Of a stretch of 6,463 nt of DNA, positions 1-5,130 are shown in pieces. The stretch lies in NCBI GenBank assembly GCA_037444445.1, contig JBBIMK010000044.1, positions 4,504 through 10,966 of the forward strand, given 5' to 3'. Both the position numbers and the translations under genes were made by a program. Position 1 is the stretch's first letter; each line of letters opens with the position of its first letter. Source of the DNA: a bacterium. Lineage in GTDB: Bacteria > UBP7 > UBA6624 > JBBIMK01. Under the pieces are notes generated by a model, which was not told the origin of the DNA, ran no database searches, and saw nothing but the letters and a program-made list of their open reading frames with translations.

Positions 1-352
1 CGCCCTCATTGAGGGTGGAGGGTGTGGCAGTAGGACCGGCGGTAATCTGGGGTGGCTGGTTGACATTATTCACGGTTACAGCCACATCCCCGGTAGTAGA
101 AGCGCCAAAGCTGTCCGTGATGGTCACCCGGAGAGTGAAGGTGGTGTTGGCGGAGACCTGAGGTGCGGTCCAGGTGGGGTTCTGGGCATTTGGGTTGCTG
201 AAGGTTCCCGTGGGCGATGCGGGGGAGGTCTGACTCCAGGAGTAGGAGAGGGTATCGCCATCCGGGTCGCTGGCCGTTACGGAGAGATTCGTGGCGGCGC
301 CCTCATTGAGGGTGGAGGGTGTGGCAGTAGGACCGGCGGTAATCTGGGGTGG
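1..352 (-). repeat. Tandem direct repeat with a 297-bp period (99 codons), lying inside the surface-protein gene.
   Basis: Bases 1-55 (cgccctcattgagggtggagggtgtggcagtaggaccggcggtaatctggggtgg) are identical base-for-base to 298-352. The two copies diverge from 56/353 onward. The period is an exact multiple of 3 and corresponds to one Ig-like domain unit. The array most likely continues left of the window. Confidence 0.85.
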
Positions 353-781
353 GTTGTTGGGATTACTTGTTTTGAAGGGGATTGGACTGGTTTCAGAAAA
401 ATGATTTGCCCGGTCATAAGCCCGGACGGTCAGATTGTGATTCCCATCCGGGACGGAACGAGAATTCCACGAGCAGGAGAAAACGGAGCCAGATGACTTG
501 GCAGTGTTATCCGCGCAAGCCAGAGTGGGTTCTGAAGCCACATAAAACTCCACTCTGGCGACTATGCCAGAGTCATCGCTGGCAATTGCCTTGAGAACCA
601 CTGTGCCGGAAACCGTGGCATTGGGAGTAATGCCGCTATCCGGGGTGAGGACAGGTGGGTCCGGGTTCTGCGTATCGGGTGGTTCGCCACTGCCGCCCCC
701 TCCGCACGCAGGCGGAATCACCGTTGCCAGCGTGAAAAACAAAACTTTCAGATAATCTCCCTTATGATGTATGTCAGTCAC
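1..781 (-). CDS. Partial surface/secreted lipoprotein: N-terminal signal peptide, Gly-rich linker, Ig-like domain, then tandem 99-aa PKD/He_PIG-like Ig-fold repeats. The gene continues beyond the left edge.
   Basis: I hand-translated the minus strand (codons at plus coordinates 2 mod 3) and it is open from 805 down to position 2 with no stop. It is missing from the ORF track, presumably because it has no stop in the window. N-terminus: ...(M)KVLFFTLATVIPPAC-GGGGSGEPPDTQNPDPP, a hydrophobic signal peptide plus Cys, which is lipoprotein-like. Next comes VSGTVVLKAIASDDSGIVARVEFYV...SCSWNSRSVPDGNHNLTVRAYDRANH, a typical bacterial Ig-like domain pattern. Then NPPQITAGPTATPSTLNEGAATNLSVTASDPDGDTLSYSWSQ...FTLRVTITDSFGASTTGDVAVTVNNVNQPPQITAGP..., showing the DPDGD-L-Y-W repeat signature. 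The start is ambiguous: GTG at 787 or 781, or CTG at 751 preceded by AAGGGAG. Confidence 0.8.
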   Translation of the reverse strand, partial: MTDIHHKGDYLKVLFFTLATVIPPACGGGGSGEPPDTQNPDPPVLTPDSGITPNATVSGTVVLKAIASDDSGIVARVEFYVASEPTLACADNTAKSSGSVFSCSWNSRSVPDGNHNLTVRAYDRANHFSETSPIPFKTSNPNNPPQITAGPTATPSTLNEGAATNLSVTASDPDGDTLSYSWSQTSPASPTGTFSNPNAQNPTWTAPQVSANTTFTLRVTITDSFGASTTGDVAVTVNNVNQPPQITAGPTATPSTLNEG

Positions 782-792
782 CTCCACCTTGT

Positions 793-822
793 ATTTTAAT
801 ATATGTCAATGACAAATGTCAA
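793..822 (-). promoter_or_regulatory. Putative sigma70-type promoter for the minus-strand lipoprotein gene.
   Basis: Read on the minus strand: a perfect -35 TTGACA (822..817), an 18-nt spacer (tttgtcattgacatatat), then a -10 TAAAAT (798..793). The predicted TSS is near 786. A perfect palindrome TGTCA-A-TGACA (804..814) lies inside the spacer. Confidence 0.4.
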
Positions 823-948
823 AAATCCTAAAAATACTATATATCCTCGTAGAAGATGAGTATGATGCCGTCCTGTCGATTCCGTCTATTTTTGCTTATG
901 GTTTTTTTGCCTGCCCTCAACTCTCTCTTTCTTTCGGCGGTTTTTTCA

Positions 949-964
949 GGGAGGGTGGGAAGGG
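949..964 (+). other. Canonical G-quadruplex-forming motif GGGAGGGTGGGAAGGG, upstream of eno.
   Basis: There are four G3 tracts (949-951, 953-955, 957-959, 962-964) with loops of 1, 1 and 2 nt. The motif is on the eno sense strand, ~70 nt upstream of the eno ATG, within an ~85-nt purine-rich tract (948..1034). The motif is directly visible; its function is not established. Confidence 0.5.
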
Positions 965-1034
965 AATGGATAAAGCGTGGACAGAAGGTGGAAGGAAAGG
1001 GAGGGTGTGAGTGTGGTAAGATAGGGAAGGTGAG

Positions 1035-2315
1035 ATGGGAAGGATAGAAAGAATTGTTGCGCGTGAGATTCTGGATTCCAGGGGTATGCCGACGGTTGAG
1101 TGCACGCTTACGCTTTCAACCGGAGCAAGAGGAACTGCGTCCGTTCCCTCCGGTGCTTCCCGTGGAAAGAGGGAAGCCTGTGAACTCCGGGATGGCAATC
1201 ATCGGTTTAGTGGGAAGGGAGTTCTAAAAGCGCTCAGGAACATACAGGAAGTAATCTCTCCAACTTTATGTCAGTTACCCGCTCCAACTCAGTCCCTTGT
1301 GGATGAGACCCTTCTGCTTCTGGATGGGACGCCGGATAAGAGCCGGCTGGGGGGGAATGCGATTTTAGCGGTTTCGCTTGCCTTTGGGAAAGCCTTTGCG
1401 GAGGAACAAAAAATACCTCTCTATGAATACATCCATCATTTATATCGTGGTGAATCCGCAGGATTTAAAATCCAGGAATTTCCTGTGCCCTTTATGAATC
1501 TTATCAATGGGGGTGCCCACTCAGATAGCCCCCTGTCTATTCAGGAGTTCCTCGTAATCCCTTTCACGAAAACTGGATTTTCTACCGCTCTACGCCTGGG
1601 TGCAGAAGTCTATCATACCCTTAAAAACCTGCTCTCCGAGAAAGAGCATTCCATCTCCCTGGGGGATGAAGGGGGCTTTGCGCCAAATCTTCATCAAACA
1701 CGACAGGCGCTTGAATTTTTAATAGACGCTATTGCCCGGGCAGGCTATCGCCCCGGCGAAGATATTTTCCTCGGGCTGGATGTAGCGGCCAGCATGCTTC
1801 TCCACGACTCTTCCTATCATCTGGATGATTCCACTTTCACCACTGCTTCACTCATTTCTTTTTATGAATCTCTGTGGAAAGAGTATCCGCTTCTGTCTCT
1901 GGAGGACCCATTAGGGGAGGAAGACTGGGAAGGGTGGAAAGCCCTGACCCAACGGTTAGGAAAGGATTTAATTCTCATCGGAGATGACCTGTTCGTGACT
2001 TCTTACTCCCTGTTAAATAAAGGAATTCGGGAGGGGGTGGCGAATGCAATTTTGATTAAGCCCAATCAGGTGGGAACTTTAACGGAAACCCTGAAAGTGA
2101 TACAGCGGGCTTCTGAGGTGGGGTTCAAGGTGATTGTCTCCCACCGGTCGGGTGAGACAAACGATTCTTTTATTGCCGATTTAGCCGTGGGAGTAGGGGC
2201 GTACGGAATCAAGGCAGGTGCACCCGCCCGAGGTGAACGCCTCGCCAAATACAACCGCCTCCTGATTATAGAGTCAGAACTCTCACTAACAGGAGAAAAC
2301 TTTTTTGCCAAATGA
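1035..2315 (+). CDS. eno: Enolase (phosphopyruvate hydratase).
   Basis: The 426-aa ORF shows the family signatures: ILDSRGMPTVE, SVPSGASRGKREACELRD, NGGAHSD, IQEF, GDEGGFAPN, LDVAAS, SLEDP, IGDDLFVT, ILIKPNQVGTLTE, VSHRSGETND, IKAGAPARGERLAKYNRLL. All metal-binding and catalytic positions I could check by eye are intact. An SD-like GGAAGGTGAG lies immediately upstream of the ATG. Confidence 0.97.
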   Translation: MGRIERIVAREILDSRGMPTVECTLTLSTGARGTASVPSGASRGKREACELRDGNHRFSGKGVLKALRNIQEVISPTLCQLPAPTQSLVDETLLLLDGTPDKSRLGGNAILAVSLAFGKAFAEEQKIPLYEYIHHLYRGESAGFKIQEFPVPFMNLINGGAHSDSPLSIQEFLVIPFTKTGFSTALRLGAEVYHTLKNLLSEKEHSISLGDEGGFAPNLHQTRQALEFLIDAIARAGYRPGEDIFLGLDVAASMLLHDSSYHLDDSTFTTASLISFYESLWKEYPLLSLEDPLGEEDWEGWKALTQRLGKDLILIGDDLFVTSYSLLNKGIREGVANAILIKPNQVGTLTETLKVIQRASEVGFKVIVSHRSGETNDSFIADLAVGVGAYGIKAGAPARGERLAKYNRLLIIESELSLTGENFFAK

Positions 2316-2382
2316 GCCTGCTTCTACTGTGGAAATGGCTACTCTCTGGATTGTTGACAGGTAACAATGGGGAAAATTTCAT

Positions 2383-2390
2383 TGTATAAT
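2383..2390 (+). promoter_or_regulatory. Extended -10 promoter element TGTATAAT upstream of the small ORF / NTase cassette.
   Basis: TGnTATAAT is matched perfectly at 2383..2390. The expected TSS (~7 nt downstream) coincides with the GTG start at 2398, and no SD lies in between, which would give a leaderless transcript. A perfect TTGACA at 2354..2359 is 25 nt upstream, too far to be a standard -35. Confidence 0.4.
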
Positions 2391-2397
2391 ACCCCCG

Positions 2398-2640
2398 GTG
2401 ATTCTTACGAGTAGTAAAATAAACTTTAGCAAAAAACTCTTCTGGGATTATGAAATAACAGAGCAAGACCTAAAAAAAGAGGATGTGTTAATTTTTTACA
2501 TTTCAAGAATTCTCAATAATGGGACCCGGGATGATGTCTTTGAAATTCCTTTGGAACTCATTGAGAAGCATATGGATAGGCTTTCTCTCTCAGGAAAAGT
2601 CAGAAAATTCTGGAAGTGGTATCCGGGAGGCATAAAATAA
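2398..2640 (+). CDS. Small (80 aa) protein of unknown function and putative partner/antitoxin of the downstream AbiEii-like nucleotidyltransferase.
   Basis: The ORF is GTG..TAA. Its stop is 1 nt from the TTG start of the NTase gene, and GGGAGG (2625..2630) inside its 3' end serves as the SD for the next gene. The sequence KKLFWDYEITEQDLKKEDVLIFYISRILNNGTRDDV...FWKWY resembles, from memory, small helical proteins annotated only as a DUF (I believe DUF6922; unverified) that sit upstream of short AbiEii-family genes. Codon composition is AT-rich like its neighbour. GTG is the only conventional in-frame start. Confidence 0.65.
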   Translation: MILTSSKINFSKKLFWDYEITEQDLKKEDVLIFYISRILNNGTRDDVFEIPLELIEKHMDRLSLSGKVRKFWKWYPGGIK

Positions 2641-2641
2641 T

Positions 2642-3282
2642 TTGAAGGTCTTAACAGCACTTCAGGAAGATTTCCTGTTCACTTTTTCTAAAACAACATT
2701 AAAGGATATTTTTTTTCTTACAGGTGGCACCGCTCTTTCAGCCTTTTACCTGGAGCATAAAATTTCAGAGGATATGGATTTTTTACAGAGGAAGAAGGAC
2801 AGGTGGCAAGGGTAATGCCTCTTATGCAGGATATTGTCGTAGACCTGAAAGGCGAACTGGATGTGAAACGAAGTTTCAGAAGTTACATTGAAGTCTTTAT
2901 AACAAGAGGCGAAGAACTTTTACGCTGTGATTTTGCTATGGATTCGCCCTTCCGATTAGGTGGAAAGGTTTTCAAAGGAGAGTATGGAGTATATGTAGAT
3001 AATGCCCTGGATATATCCTGCAATAAACTCTCTGCCCTTTATGATAGAGGCGACCCAGAGGACTTTGTGGATGCATACTTCATTGACAGAGAAGTCATCC
3101 CCTTTGAAAAACTGGTGGAGGAAGCGAGGAAGAAACATATTGTCCTGGATAACTATTGGCTGGCGGTCTCTCTGGCAAGAGTGGAAGACTTCAGTGTTCT
3201 TCCACGATTGCTAAAGCCAGTTACAATTGAAGAACTGAAAAGTTTTTTCCGTCAGAAAGCGCAATGGTTGATGAAGAAGTAA
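2642..3282 (+). CDS. AbiEii/AbiGii-family nucleotidyltransferase toxin-like gene, interrupted by a -1 frame break at the T6 run 2779..2784. As sequenced it is two ORFs: 2642..2815 and 2803/2815..3282.
   Basis: The N-terminal piece (frame of 2642, TTG start) reads LKVLTALQEDFLFTFSKTTLKDIFFLTGGTALSAFYLEHKISEDMDF|LQRKKDRWQG*. This carries the NTase GG(T)AL and DxD (EDMDF) motifs. The C-terminal piece (frame of 2803) reads (F)FTEEEGQVARVMPLMQDIV...CNKLSALYDRGDPEDFVDAYFI..., with the K-L-x-A-L-x-x-R...D-F-x-D motif typical of AbiEii. Joining the two at the T run gives a ~213-aa protein of typical short-AbiEii architecture. One extra T (T7) would restore the frame. Confidence 0.75.
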
Positions 3283-3369
3283 AGAAAAGGGTCTTTGAGG
3301 CCGACCCTAAGAGTTCAGGGGTGCGGGCTTCGTTCTTTCTTGTGGTAATCTTATAGGCGGAATGAAAGC

Positions 3370-5130
3370 ATGAAGCTTAAGACGAAAATTGTTGCCACGC
3401 TGGGCCCTGCCTCCTCCTCGCTGGAGACTATTAGCCAGTTGGTAGAGGCGGGGGCGAAGATCTTTCGCCTGAATTTCTCCCACGGCGATTACCCTTTCCA
3501 CTCTTCCTTGATTCAAAATGTTCGGCTGGCGGGGGAAAAACTGGGCGTGGATGTCTGCATTCTGCAAGACCTGCAGGGGCTGAAAATTCGCCTTGGAAAG
3601 TTAAAAGAGGGAAGGGTGTTCTTGAATGCAGGGGATTCAGTGACGCTATTTGAGGGGGATTACAGCGAAGCCCCCGCTGATATGGGCCTCCCTGTGATGA
3701 TGCCCAACTTCGTGGAATGGGTGGAGCCGGGGGATTTACTGATTTTAAGAGACGGTCAGGTAAAATTAGAAGTCGCAGGGAAAGCGGCGAAAAGAAAAAT
3801 GACAGCCCGAGTCGTCTGGGGCGGTGAGGTGGTCTCCCACACGGGTATTAAGGTGATGGGCGGGCGTGAACTCCCTCCCATTTTCCCCGAGAAGGACCGC
3901 CGGGACCTGGAATTCGGTCTTGCCCACGGAATTGACATCGTGGCGCTTTCTTTTGTTCGCTCCCCCGCCGACCTTCTCCTGGTTCGTTCGTATTTAGAAA
4001 AGCACGCAACTCCCCGTTTCCTCATCGCTAAAATTGAAAAGAAGGAAGCCCTGGAAAATCTCCAGGAAATCTTGAAGGAAGCGGATGGTGTGATGATTGC
4101 ACGGGGAGATCTGGGGTTGGAAATTCCCCTCTCCCGTTTGCCTCTCGTTCAGAAACAGGTGATTCAGGAGGCGAGGATGCTGGGGAAGCCGGTCATCACC
4201 GCCACGCAGATGATGGAAAGCATGATTTATAATCCTCAGCCCACAAGAGCAGAAGCGGCAGATGCAGCCAACGCCATTTTAGATGGCACGGATGCTTTGA
4301 TGCTCTCCGCAGAAACGGCTGTCGGAAAATACCCGGTGGAAGCGGTGAAGGTTCTTGCCTCCGTGGCGGAGGAGGTGGAGAAATTGCTGGAAGAGGAATG
4401 GAAAACAGGGGCGGGATTCCCCCCCTACCAGCGAAATCCCGCTTCGCGTGACACACTCGCCCACCGAATTCCTTTCACAGATTCGGTGACGGATGCCATT
4501 TCCCGTTCGGCGGTTGACATTGGGATGCAATTAGGGGCGAAAGCCATCGTGGCTCCCACCTCTTCAGGCTATACCGCAAGGATGATTTCCCGCTTTCGTG
4601 CTCCTCTGCTCATCGGCGCCTGCTCTCCGCACTTAGCCGTTCGGCGATTCCTCTCTCTCTGCTGGGGCGTTTCCCCATTTCCCATTCCGGATACGGAAAG
4701 CACAGATGAAACCATTTCTTCCTCCATCCTCTCTCTCCAGAAAGGAGGGCTAATTTCAGAAGGTGACCTGCTGGTGATTACTGCTGGCGTCCCTTCCGGC
4801 ATTGCCGGTACCACCAACCTGCTGAAAGTTCACTTTCTGGCAGACATCCTTGCCCGGGGCATCAGTGTGGGGAGTGGCTGGATCTCCGGAACCATCGGGC
4901 AGGAGTTTGCCCTTCTGAATTCTCTTCCGTCTCAACTGGATTCCCGGTTCACCTGCGTACTGGTTCGGGAGAAGGGCTCGGACATTCTCAAACGGGCGAA
5001 AGCAATGAACCTGATGGGCATCTTCGCCCTGCGAGAATTTCAACCATTGAACCCCGGGGTAGAAGTCACCCTGAACCTGGATACTGGCCTGGTGTATCGG
5101 GGGAAATTGCCCCGCCCCACACGATTATGA
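3370..5130 (+). CDS. pyk: Pyruvate kinase, long form with a C-terminal PEP-utilizer-like extra domain.
   Basis: The 586-aa ORF shows the family signatures: KIVATLGPAS, FRLNFSHGD, DLQGLKIRLG, IAKIEKKEALENL, VMIARGDLGLEIP, ATQMMESM, PTRAEAADAANAILDGTDALMLSAETAVGKYP. The ~95 C-terminal residues after ...LLKVHFL resemble the extra domain of Bacillus/Geobacillus-type PKs (GISVGSGWISG...VTLNLDTGLVYRG). Confidence 0.96.
   Translation: MKLKTKIVATLGPASSSLETISQLVEAGAKIFRLNFSHGDYPFHSSLIQNVRLAGEKLGVDVCILQDLQGLKIRLGKLKEGRVFLNAGDSVTLFEGDYSEAPADMGLPVMMPNFVEWVEPGDLLILRDGQVKLEVAGKAAKRKMTARVVWGGEVVSHTGIKVMGGRELPPIFPEKDRRDLEFGLAHGIDIVALSFVRSPADLLLVRSYLEKHATPRFLIAKIEKKEALENLQEILKEADGVMIARGDLGLEIPLSRLPLVQKQVIQEARMLGKPVITATQMMESMIYNPQPTRAEAADAANAILDGTDALMLSAETAVGKYPVEAVKVLASVAEEVEKLLEEEWKTGAGFPPYQRNPASRDTLAHRIPFTDSVTDAISRSAVDIGMQLGAKAIVAPTSSGYTARMISRFRAPLLIGACSPHLAVRRFLSLCWGVSPFPIPDTESTDETISSSILSLQKGGLISEGDLLVITAGVPSGIAGTTNLLKVHFLADILARGISVGSGWISGTIGQEFALLNSLPSQLDSRFTCVLVREKGSDILKRAKAMNLMGIFALREFQPLNPGVEVTLNLDTGLVYRGKLPRPTRL

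Noticed and set aside
382-755. Plus-strand ORFs 382..594 and 564..755 from the ORF track.
   Set aside because: They lie antisense to a long, uninterrupted minus-strand frame with clear Ig-like domain and lipoprotein signal features. Their translations are low-complexity (R/P/G/S-rich) with no motifs.
816-1047. Small plus-strand ORFs 816..1010 and 856..1047 in the eno upstream region. The latter has a hydrophobic segment FRLFLLMVFLPALNSLFLSAVF followed by a G/K/R/E-rich tail and overlaps the eno start.
   Set aside because: Their apparent features are what translating a pyrimidine-rich then purine-rich tract would produce. Neither has a convincing SD or a family motif. A small membrane protein cannot be excluded, but I would not annotate one without conservation or ribosome profiling evidence.
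917-1198. Minus-strand ORF of 93 aa overlapping the eno start.
   Set aside because: It is antisense to the strongly supported eno N-terminus and to the purine-rich leader. The product is P/S-rich and low-complexity.
2354-2359. A perfect TTGACA as the -35 box for the cassette promoter.
   Set aside because: It lies 25 nt upstream of the TATAAT hexamer, far outside the 16-19 nt window. The promoter call therefore rests on the extended -10 alone.
2066-2466. Minus-strand ORFs 2066..2311 and 2266..2466.
   Set aside because: They are antisense to the conserved eno C-terminus and to the start of the 80-aa gene. They have no motifs or SD.
2956-3214. ORFs 2956..3138 (-) and 3002..3214 (+) inside the NTase gene.
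   Set aside because: They are alternative frames of the region encoding the conserved AbiEii C-terminal motifs, and they have no features of their own.
3288-3308. Hairpin AGGGTC-tttgaggcc-GACCCT just after the NTase stop, considered as an intrinsic terminator.
   Set aside because: The stem is only 6 bp with a 9-nt loop and there is no downstream U-tract, so it is not convincing as a rho-independent terminator.
2329-3349. Similar 9-mers flanking the AT-rich cassette (tgtggaaat at ~2329..2337 and tgtggtaat at ~3341..3349), considered as possible target-site duplication or att remnants.
   Set aside because: An 8/9 match of a short sequence is expected by chance. There is no integrase or transposase and there are no inverted repeats to support a mobile-element boundary.
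3307-5043. Minus-strand ORFs 3307..3567, 3756..4025, 4196..4456, 4279..4530, 4569..4817 and 4756..5043.
   Set aside because: All are antisense to pyruvate kinase, whose frame carries every family signature. These are the typical spurious open frames of a GC-richer gene (R/P/G-rich translations).
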